A stretch of 64,000 bases of DNA, taken from assembly GCA_965284605.1 (NCBI GenBank), contig OZ260101.1:2654513-2718512 (forward strand), written 5' to 3'. Positions 9,095 through 21,000 of this stretch are shown piece by piece. The stretch is from Cyclobacteriaceae bacterium. GTDB taxonomy: Bacteria > Bacteroidota > Bacteroidia > Cytophagales > Cyclobacteriaceae. The notes below the pieces were generated by a model. That model worked only from the letters and a program-made list of their open reading frames with translations. It was not told the DNA's origin and ran no database searches. Each line of letters begins with the position of its first letter. Position 1 is the first letter of the stretch. The translations under genes and the position numbers were made by a program.

Positions 9095-12000
9095 TTGGCA
9101 AGGCAAATGTTAAAACAAATCACTCATTCTTTATTAGAACTAGTCGCAGCGTATGCAGCGAGGAGCTCAGCAACACGAAGCAAATACCTGAGTTGCTGGA
9201 TGGTGATGTTAGCATGTCTCATGCTTGGTACACAGGTACAATTAAAAGCGAACACATCTATTCCAAGTGAGGACCTACCTTTCGCACCAACAGTGACGAG
9301 CATTACCGTTTCAGGTAATCCAAATATTGCTGCTACCAATATCAGCTTTGTGGTCACGTTCAGTGAATCTGTTACTGGAGTAGACTTGTCAGATTTTGAA
9401 ATAGACAAAACCAGTCTGGTGTCCGCCACGCTAAGTTCTATTTCGGGCAGTGGGTCAGTGTATACTGTTAATCTTACAGACGTAGGTGGTTTCGGTCCTC
9501 TAAGCATAGACTTGAAAGCAAGTGGCTCAGGCATCAGTGGTGTCAGTGGGCCCATAGCTGATGGCTTTAAAGATGGTGCCTTCCATTTGGTAGGAGAAAC
9601 CTACGATATTACCCAAGCCATATACACGGGAGAAAGAGATGACTTGAACGTTGAGTCTCAAACCGAAGTGCCTTATTCCCTTGATTTTGATGATACAGGG
9701 CTAAAATTATTTGTGTTAGCTCCAATAACTAGCGGAGCAACCATTTTTGAATATGATTTGTCAGCACCCTATGATATTTCAACCGCTAGCTATGCTGGTG
9801 ATGTGGAGAGTTTCACCTATAGTGAACCCGGTCTTACCTTTGATTTTCAGTTCAATGGAGATGGAACCAAACTCTATTTTTTGGAAGGATTCAGGAGTGG
9901 ACGTATAACCACTTTCACTTTGAGCACGCCCTATGACGTGTCTACGGCAGTTGATGCAGGGAGCACAATCACTACAACCATTCCTGGTTTAAGAATGAGC
10001 CTAAGATTTAATCAATTAGGTTCAAAAATGTATGTTATTGGTACCTCGAGTGCTTTAGTTTATAGCTATAATTTATCCACAAATTTTGACGTATCGACCG
10101 CGGTAGTATCTGGAGCGCCATTTAGCCTAGTAGCAGATGGTATTAGTACTAATCTGACGTCTATTAGCTTTACTCCTGATGGTGAGAGATTCTTTGCTTC
10201 TGCGAATAGACAAACTTTAGAATATGCCTTAACTACACCCTTTGACCTATCCACGGCTAGTCTTCTTAGAAGGTCAACGATTTCAAATACAGCGGGTTCA
10301 TTTTATTTTCTTGACTTGGAGTTTAATTCGGATGGTACTAAGGTTTTTGTTTTAGAAGCTGGGTCTATCGTTGGTATCAGAACGGAAACAATGGAAGAGT
10401 ACTCTCTAGCCGAACCTGTGATTACGGGTTCGGTGATTGACCAAAATGTGAATGATAATGCCTCGATCAGCCCATTTGCTTCAATTATTGTGGCTGACCC
10501 TAACCAAGATCCTGTATCAGCACTGATCACATTAGATGATGACTCCAAAGGTACCTTGTCAGGTAATGGACTATCTGGTACAGGACCATATACTATGGCA
10601 AGTACTGATTTTGCAACACTTCAGAATCAGCTCAGGGCACTTTCATTTGTGCCGACAGCCAACCGAGTAGCTATTGGCAGTACCGAAAAAACCACCTTTA
10701 CTTTGGAGCTAAGTGACGGAGTACTTTCTGATACAGATATTTTTAGTTCTGTGATTTCAAACCCTGTGGCACCGAGTGCTACTATTAGTAGCGCTGAAGG
10801 AACTGTAACCAACGGGGCATTTACTACGACTATTACTTTTACCGAATCTGTATCTGGCTTTGAGGCTAGCGACCTTGTGATGGCGAACGGAACAGCCGGT
10901 ACGCTAAGCACAAATGATAATATTACTTACACTACTACCGTAACACCTACCCCTGGATTTAATGGTAGCCTGACCATTGACTTACCAGCCAATAGGGTAC
11001 AGGATGCAGGTGCCAGTGATAATGTAGCGGCAAGCCAATTCAGTATTCAGATTGATCAACAAAGCCCTGGGGTGGCCATTAGTACCTCTGCTGTTGCGCC
11101 CGCTACAGGCCCATTTCTGGTTACTATCACTTTTGATGAAGCGGTAACGGGCTTTAATTCATCAGATATCATTGTGGTAAATGGCGTTATTGATGGTTTT
11201 ACAACGGTAAGTACTACAGAATATACACTTAATATCACTCCATCAGCTACGGGTACAATTACTGTAAATGTTCCTGCCGATGCGGCTCAAGATGCAGCTG
11301 AAAATGGAAATACCGCAGCCACGGAGTTTACTATCGCTGCATCTCTTACCAACCCTTCAGTAATCATCGAAAGTGCTTCTAATAGTGCGATCAACGGTGC
11401 TTTTGATGTCACTTTTACTTTTTCTGAAGCAGTGACCAATTTTATCGCAGCCGATGTCACCGCCACGAATGCTACGGTAGGTGCACTGTCGACTGCCGAT
11501 GGGGGATTGACTTATACCGGAACAATTACGCCAGTAGCAAGTGGTGTCGTTGTATTAAGCGTTCCAAGTGATGTGGCTGAAAGTATAGCCACGGGTAATG
11601 GTAATTCAGTTTCTTCTCCTTTCAATAGGACATTCGATAATACAGGACCAACTGTAGGGATTTCAAGCGGTGTTGGTGCAACTAACGGACCATTTACAAC
11701 CACTTTTACCTTCTCAGAGGATGTAACGGGTTTTGGTCTAGACGATATTACACTGGGTAACGGCACTGCCTCCAATCTTGCAACGCTAAGTGCAACTACA
11801 TACACAGTAACCATTACACCCAACTCAGACTTTAATGGAGTACTTACCATAGATGTGGCTGCCGATCGAGTGAATGATTTAGCAGGTAATGGTAATACAA
11901 TATCAAGTCAAAAAACGGTAACTATTGATCAGACAAAGCCCAGCGTAAGCGTTAGTACGAACGTTGCAGGAAGTGAGACTAATCAAACTTCCTACACGGC

Positions 12001-15000
12001 TACTTTCACTTTTTCGGAAGATGTCACAGGTTTTGACCTAAGCGATATTATCGTTACGAATGGTGTAAAAAGTAATTTTGTTCAAGTAAGTGCTAGCGTA
12101 TATACGGCAACCATCAGTCCGACAGTTCAAGGACCTGTTGTTGTGAATGTTCCTGCCGACAGAGCACAGGATACGTCTGGAAATAATAACACAGCATCGA
12201 ATAATTCGACCCTGATTTATGATTTCACTCAGCCCTTGGTCAATATCAGTGGTTCTGCTTTGGAAAACGGTCCATTCACGGCTACTTTTACTTTTACAGA
12301 GGTTGTCACTGGCTTTGCCGCAGGCGATATACAAATTACTAATGGAACGGTCAGTAATTTGACCTCTGCTGATGGTATTACTTACACGGCTCTCATTACG
12401 CCAGCGGCTGATGGTGCCTTGACCTTATCCGTAACAGGTAGCACCGTCTTGGATAATGCTGGTAATAGTAACCCAGCATCTGATACTTTCACCACTTCAA
12501 TCGACTCGTCTGTTCCTACTGTTTCAGTTTCGGGTCCTGCTGGACCGGTCAATGGTGATTTTACAACCACATTTACCTTTAGTGAAGAGGTCAATGGGTT
12601 TGTCAATACTGATGTAAGCTTGGTCAATGCTACGATGGGTGCGCTGAGCACATCAGATAATATAACGTACACCGCTACAGTCACGCCAACATCAGATGGC
12701 AACGTTCAAATTGATGTGCCAAGTGGTGCGGTATCTGATAATGCGGGTAACAATAATTCGGCTTCAAATAGCTACACTGTTGTTAGTGATTTAACAAGGC
12801 CAACGGTAACAATTACTACACTTGGCTCTGCCACTGCCACAAGCTTTAGACCCATCAATGTAAGTGTTACTTTCTCAGAAGACGTTACTGGTTTTGATGC
12901 TTCCGATTTAAACCTTTCGGGAGGTACCATCGCGTCATTTACAGCGAATAGTCCTAGTGCCTATACCATACGAGTTACTCCTGATAATCCATCTGCTGGA
13001 AATATTTTTGTCAATGTTGCTGAAAATGTTGCGCAAGACCTGGCCAGTAATGGCAACACCGCAGCTACTGAGCTTGAATTTACAGTAGATCAGGTCAGCC
13101 CTGTGTTAACGATTGACACAGGCTTGCCTAGTGGTACTACCAATGCTGCCTATACTGCGACTTTTACATTTTCTGAACCTGTGACGGGATTTGAATTGAG
13201 TGATCTGGAGATTATCAACGGAACCCTCTCTGATTTTGTACAAACGGATGCCAGTAATTATTCCGTTTTGGTTACTCCGACAAGTGATGGTACGGTTACG
13301 CTCAACGTTGCTGCTCGAGCAGGAATAGATGAAGCAAGGCTTGGAAATGATGCGGTGAGTTCTTCGGTTACTTTCGATGGTTCACAGCCTACTGTGTCGG
13401 TTACGACAGATGTGGCCACTGGAAGAACCAACAGTCCATTCACAGCTACGATTACATTCTCTGAAGATGTCACAGGTTTTGCCTTTGATGATATCGAAGT
13501 AACTAATGGAAGTGCCAGTGATTTTACTGTGACTACCACAGACAGGGTATTTACGGTACTTATTACGCCTGCCGCTGATGGAGACGTTATCATTCGAGTG
13601 CCGGCTGAAGCAGCAGCCGATGGGGTAGGTAATTTGAATACTTTGGGTGAAACTACTATAATCGCAGACACGGTTTCACCAGAGGTAATCATTACCTCTA
13701 CTATAAGTAATGGGGTAACAATAGACCCTTTTCTTGTTGTCATTAATTTCAATGATAAAGTGAATGATTTCGATATTAATGACATTACTGTCAGCAATGG
13801 TATCGTCAGCAATTTCATTACGCTGCTTCCTAGGTTAACCTTTCAAGTCTTAATTACACCAACAGTAGGTGGCGATGTCACGGTGGATGTGCTCGCCAAT
13901 GTGGTTCAGGATTTGGCGGGTAATCCAAACTTGGCTTCTAATACTTTAAGTATTAATTACGATTTAATACGCCCTACAGTAGTTGTTACAAGTGAGAGGA
14001 GCTCAGTTAACGGTCCATTTACAGCTACCTTTACTTTCGATGAAGACGTAGTCAATTTTGATATTAATGATATTGGACTTACCAACGGATCGGCCTCTGA
14101 CTTTGCCGTAGTTAGCCCAAGCGTATATACAGCTAGGATCACACCTTTATCAGCATCGCAGGTCCGTGTGAGTGTACCATCCAATGCAGCTGAAGACCTT
14201 GTAGGAAATAAAAGTCAGGCGAGTTTTATACTCAATGTTAATATTGATTCAACGGCCCCGACTGTCACGGTTTCTGGACCGGGAAATGATGTTCGAAGTG
14301 CTTTTACGGCTACGATAACGTTTTCTGAAGATGTTACTGGTTTTGAGTTATCGGATATATCCGCAAGTAATGCATCACTCAGTAATTTTTCGCAAGTCAA
14401 CGGTCGAACTTACAATGTGACAGTTACACCAACGCTGGAAGGTTTAGTAACCTTACAAATACCAGCTGAAGCCGCAATTGACGTAGCAACTAATCAGAGT
14501 ACAGAATCCAATCTTTTGAGCATCAATTATGATGCTACACGCCCTAGCGTTGTCGTTTCGAGTGCTGCCGACCGTGTCAATGGTCCTTTTACTGCCACTT
14601 TCACCTTTGATGAAGATGTCCTTAATTTCGATGTTAATGATATTGGTCTGACCAATGGTGCCGCATCCGATTTTATTGTGGTTAGCCCGAGTGTCTATAC
14701 AGCTACCATCACTCCTCAATCTGAGTCGATTGTCCGTGTGAGTGTGCCATCAAATACTGCTAATGATGCAGCAGGCAATGTAAATCAAGCGAGTTCGATA
14801 TTGAATTTAGCGGCTGATTTTACTCGCCCGACTTCACAACTTAGCCAACCGGCAACTCATGTGAACACTGCTTTTACGACCACGATTACTTTCTCAGAGG
14901 CGATGACAAACTTCGACTTAGGGGATTTGACTATCACCAATGGTACGGCAAGCAATTTGGTTGCTGTTAATAGTAGCAGCTTTACTGCCACAATAACTCC

Positions 15001-18000
15001 TGCCGCAGATGGTTTGGTCACTGTTGGTTTGGCTGAGAATGTAGCCAACGACCTAGCGGGTAATGGTAATATAGCTGCTCCGACTGTCTCTACAACATTT
15101 GATGGAACAAGACCTAGCCTAGCGATAATCACTAGTGCAGATCCAGCCAACGGCCCATTCACCGCCACCTTCACCTTTAGTGAAGCGGTTACGGGCTTTG
15201 AAGAAACCGATATAAATATCACCAATGGAACGATCAGCAACTTTACCGAAGTAAGCCCAGGTGTTTACACTGCAACTGTTACCCCAGCAGCAGATGGAAC
15301 AGTTACCGTTGAAGTACCAGCCGATGTAGCTCAAGATTCCGCAGATAATGGCAATGAAGCCAGCTCAAGTTCAGTAGTCTTTGACAGTGCAAGACCAAGC
15401 CTCACTATCGCTACAAGTGCAGATCCAGCCAATGGTCCATTCACCGCCACCTTTACCTTTAGCGAGGCGGTTACTGGTTTTGAAGCCTCAGATATTACGA
15501 TTACGAATGGTACTGTGGGATCATTGAGCACTTCAGACAATATCACTTATACGACAACAATCACCCCAACGACATCATTTACAGGAAGCCTGACGCTTGA
15601 CGTTTTCGAGAATTTAGCGGAAGACTCAGCGGGCAATGGTAATACCCCAGCCAGCCAGCGAACTATTGCCGTGGACCAAAGTAGACCGAGTGTGTCGGTT
15701 TCGGTTCCCTCAGGCCCTGTTAATGGTCCTTTTACAGCGACCTTCACTTTTGATGAACCAGTTACTGGTTTCGAAGAAACTGATATCAATCTGACCAACG
15801 GAACACTTAGTGACTTTACTGAAGTAAGTCCTGGTGTTTACACTGCTACCGTTACCCCAACAGCAGACGGAACAGTTACTGTTGAGGTACCAGCTGACGT
15901 AGCTCAGGATACAGCTGGCAATGGCAATGAAGCAAGCTCAAGTTCAGTAACCTTTGATAGTTCAAGGCCAAGCCTAACTATTACCACAAGTGCTGATCCA
16001 GCTAATGGTCCTTTTACAGCCACCTTTACCTTTAGCGAAGCAGTAACCGGTTTTGAAGTATCAGACATTACGATTACGAATGGTACTGTGGGAACACTCA
16101 CCACCTCAGACAATATCACTTACACGAGTACAATCACCCCAACGACATCATTTACAGGAAGCCTGACGCTTGACGTCTTCGAGAATTTAGCGGAAGACTC
16201 AGCGGGCAATGGTAATACCCCAGCCAGCCAGCGAACTATTGCAGTGGACCAAAGTAGACCGAATGTGTCGATCACTGCTCCCTCAGGCCCTGTTAATGGT
16301 CCTTTTACAGCGACCTTCACTTTTGATGAACCAGTTACTGGTTTCGAAGAAACTGATATCAATCTGACCAACGGAACGCTCAGAGACTTTACTGAAGTAA
16401 GTCCAGGTGTTTACACTGCTACCGTTACCCCAACAGCAGACGGAACAGTTACTGTTGAACTGCCAGCCGATGTAGCTCAAGATTCCGCAGGCAACGGCAA
16501 CGAAGCAAGTTCAAGTTCAGTAGTCTTTGACAGTGCAAGACCAAGCCTAGCGATAACCACTAGTGCAGATCCGGCCAACGAACCTTTTACAGCCACCTTT
16601 ACCTTTAGCGAGGTGGTTACTGGGTTTGAAGCTTCAGACATTACGATTACGAATGGTATTGTGGGAACACTCACCACCTCAGACAATATCACTTACGCGA
16701 GTACAATCACCCCAACGACATCATTTACAGGAAGCCTGACGCTTGACGTCTTCGAGGATTTAGCGGAAGACTCAGCGGGCAATGGTAATACCCCAGCCAG
16801 CCAGCGAACCATTGCAGTGGACCAAAGTAGACCGAGTGTGTCGGTTTCGGTTCCCTCAGGCCCTGTTAATGGTGCTTTTACAGCCACCTTCACCTTTAGC
16901 GAAGCAGTAACCGGTTTTGAAGCCTCAGACATTACGATTACGAATGGTACTGTGGGATTATTGAGCACTGCAGACAATATCACTTATACGACAACAATCA
17001 CCCCAACGACATCATTTACAGGAAGCCTGACGCTTGACGTTTTCGAGAATTTAGCGGAAGACTCAGCGGGCAATGGTAACACCCCAGCCAGCCAGCGAAT
17101 CATTGCAGTGGACCAAAGTAGACCGGGTATTACGGTTTCGGTTCCCTCAGGCCCTGCGAATGGTCCTTTTACAGCGACCTTCACTTTTGATGAACCAGTT
17201 ACTGGTTTCGAAGAAACTGATATCAATCTGACCAACGGAACACTTAGTGACTTTACTGAAGTAAGTCCAGGTGTTTACACTGCTACAGTCACACCAACAG
17301 CAGATGGCACTGTTACTGTTGAAGTACCAGCTGACGTAGCTCAAGACTCAGCAGGCAATGGCAATGAAGCCAGCTCTACTTCTATCAACTTTGATAGCTC
17401 GGCACCAAGCCTTGTGATCACCACTAGCGCAGATCCAGCCAATGGACCTTTTACAGCCACCTTCACCTTTAGTGAAGCGGTTACTGGTTTTGAAGTATCA
17501 GATATTAATTTGACCAACGGAACACTCAGTAACTTTACCGAAGTAAGTCCAGGCGTTTATACTGCAACTGTTACCCCAACGGCAGACGGCACTGTTACTG
17601 TTGAAGTACCAGCCGATGTAGCCCAAGACTCAGCAGGCAATGGCAATGAAGCCAGCTCTACTTCTATCAACTTTGATAGCTCGGCACCAAGCCTTGTGAT
17701 CACCACTAGCGCAGATCCAGCCAATGGACCTTTTACAGCCACCTTCACCTTTAGTGAAGCGGTTACTGGTTTTGAAGTATCAGATATTAATTTGACCAAC
17801 GGAACACTCAGTAACTTTACCGGAGTAAGTCCAGGCGTTTATACTGCAACTGTTACCCCAACGGCAGACGGCACTGTTACTGTTGAAGTACCAGCCGATG
17901 TAGCCCAAGACTCAGCAGGCAATGGCAATGAAGCCAGCTCTACTTCTATCAACTTTGATAGCTCGGCACCAAGCCTTGTGATCACCACTAGCGCAGATCC

Positions 18001-21000
18001 AGCCAATGGACCTTTTACAGCCACCTTCACCTTTAGTGAAGCGGTTACTGGTTTTGAAGTATCAGATATTAATTTGACCAACGGAACACTCAGTAACTTT
18101 ACCGAAGTAAGTCCAGGTGTTTACACTGCTACAGTCACACCAACAGCAGACGGCACTGTTACCGTTGAAGTACCAGCCGATGTAGCTCAAGATTCCGCAG
18201 GCAACGGCAACGAAGCAAGTTCAAGTTCAGTAGTCTTTGACAGTGCAAGACCTAGCCTCACCATCGCTACAAGTGCCGATCCAGCCAATGGACCTTTTAC
18301 CGCCACCTTTACCTTTAGCGAAGCGGTCACCGGTTTTGAAGCCTCAGACATCAACCTCACCAACGGAACGCTGAGTGACTTTACTGAAGTAAGTCCTGGT
18401 GTTTATACTGCTACGGTCACTCCAACAGCAGACGGAACAGTTACTGTTGAACTGCCAGCCGATGTAGTCCAAGATTCCGCAGGCAATGGCAATGAAGCCA
18501 GCTCAAGTTCAGTAGTCTTTGACAGTGCAAGACCGAGTCTGGCGATAACCAGTAGTGCAGATCCAGCCAACGGCCCTTTTACAGCCACCTTCACCTTTAG
18601 TGAAGCGGTCACCGGTTTTGAAGCCTCAGACATTAACCTTACCAACGGAACGCTGAGTGACTTCACTGAAGTAAGTCCTGGTGTTTATACTGCTACGGTC
18701 ACTCCAACAGCAGACGGCACTGTTAGTGTTGAAGTACCAGCCGATGTAGCTCAAGATTCAGCAGGTAATGGCAATGAAGCCAGCTCAACTACCTCGACAA
18801 CCTTTGATAGTGCAAGACCTAGCCTCACCATCGCTACAAGTGCAGATCCAGCCAACGGTCCATTCACGGCCACCTTCACTTTCAGTGAAGTAGTAACGGG
18901 CTTTGAAGCCTCAGACATTACCATTACGAATGGTACTGTGGGATCATTGAGCACTGCAGACAATATCACTTATACGACAACAATCACCCCAACGACATCA
19001 TTTACAGGAAGCCTGACGCTTGACGTTTTCGAGAATTTAGCGGAAGACTCAGCGGGCAATGGTAACACCCCAGCCAGCCAGCGAACTATTGCCGTGGACC
19101 AAAGTAGACCGAGTGTGTCGGTTTCGGTTCTCTCAGGCCCTGCGAATGGTCCTTTTACAGCTACCTTCACCTTTAGTGAAGCGGTTACAGGCTTTGAAGC
19201 CTCAGATATTAATTTGATCAACGGAACACTTAGCAATTTCACTGAAGTAAGCCCGGGCGTTTACACTGCAACTGTTACCCCAGCAGCAGATGGAACAGTT
19301 ACTGTTGAAGTACCAGCCGATGTAGCTCAAGATTCCGCAGGCAATGGCAATGAAGTAAGTTCAAGTTCAGTACTCTTTGACAGTGCAAGACCGAGTCTGG
19401 CGATAACCAGTAGTGCAGATCCAGCCAACGGTCCATTCACAGCCACCTTCACCTTTAGTGAAGCGGTTACAGGCTTTGAAGCCTCAGACATTACCATTAC
19501 GAATGGTACTGTGGGATCATTGAGCACTGCAGACAATATCACTTATACGAGCACAATCACCCCAACGACATCATTTACAGGAAGCCTGACGCTTGATGTT
19601 TTCGAGAATTTAGCGGAAGACTCAGCGGGCAATGGTAATACCCCAGCCAGCCAGCGAACTATTGCCGTGGACCAAAGTAGACCGAGTGTGTCGGTTTCGG
19701 TTCCCTCAGGCCCTGCGAATGGTCCTTTCACAGTGACCTTCACTTTCGATGAACCAGTTATAGGCTTTGAAGCCTCAGATATTAATTTGACCAACGGAAC
19801 ACTTAGCAACTTCACTGAAGTAAGCCCAGGTGTTTACACTGCAACTGTTACCCCAGCAGCAGATGGCACTGTTAGCGTTGAAGTACCAGCCGATGTAGCT
19901 CAAGACTCAGCAGGTAATGGCAATGAAGCAAGCTCAAGTTCAGTAACCTTTGATAGTGCAAGACCTAGCCTCACCATCGCTACAAGTGCAGATCCAGCCA
20001 ACGGTCCATTCACAGCCACCTTCACCTTTAGTGAAGCGGTTACAGGCTTTGAAGCCTCAGACATTACCATTACGAATGGTACTGTGGGATCATTGAGCAC
20101 TTCAGACAATATCACTTATACGACAACAATCACCCCAACGACATCATTTACAGGAAGCCTGACGCTTGACGTTTTCGAGAATTTAGCGGAAGACTCAGCG
20201 GGCAATGGTAATACCCCAGCCAGCCAGCGAACTATTGCAGTGGATCAAAGTAGACCGAGTGTGTCGGTTTCGGTTCCCTCAGGCCCTGCGAATGGTCCTT
20301 TTACAGCCACCTTCACTTTTAGTGAAGCGGTTACAGGCTTTGAAGTCTCAGATATAACTGTGACTAATGGAGTGGCCAATAACCTGATCGAAGTAAGCCC
20401 AGGTGTTTACACCGCTACGATTACCCCAACAACATCATTTACAGGAAACTTGACCCTAAACATTGCTGCAGACGTAGCGATAGACAGAGCAGGTAATGGT
20501 AATACCCCAGCCAGCCAGCTAATTATTACCATAGACCAATCGCAATCCAATGTTTTAATTACGGGTCCAGAAGGCCCTTTAAATGAGCCTTTTACAGTCA
20601 CATTTACATTCAGTAAAAATGTGACAGGTTTTGAAGTTAATAACATTTCTATTATTAATGGAAGAATAAGTGGCTTTTTAAAAATTGAGTCAGGCGTTTT
20701 TACGGCTCTGGTTACGCCAATAGCTGATGGCGAAGTGACTATTCAAGTCCCAGCAAATGTTGCAGAAGACTCATTAGGCAATGGTAACCTCATATCTAAT
20801 GCGTTCATTGTTTTAGCTGATTTAATTAACCCAGTGCTGGTAGTTCAAGATGTGCCAACAGTTGTTAACTCACTGAATTCGTTCACCGTGACTTATCTGG
20901 CAGACGAGAGTGTAAAAGATTTTGACATATCTGATTTGGAGGCCGTTAACGCTACTCTTTCAGAATTTGAAATTATCAATGATAGAACATTTCAGGTCAC

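Noticed and set aside
15109-20545. Regular tandem repeats that could be mistaken for a CRISPR array
   Set aside because: The units are 282-291 bp with no unique spacers between short repeats. All are in frame within a protein-coding ORF and encode recognisable Ig-like domains, and there are no cas genes.
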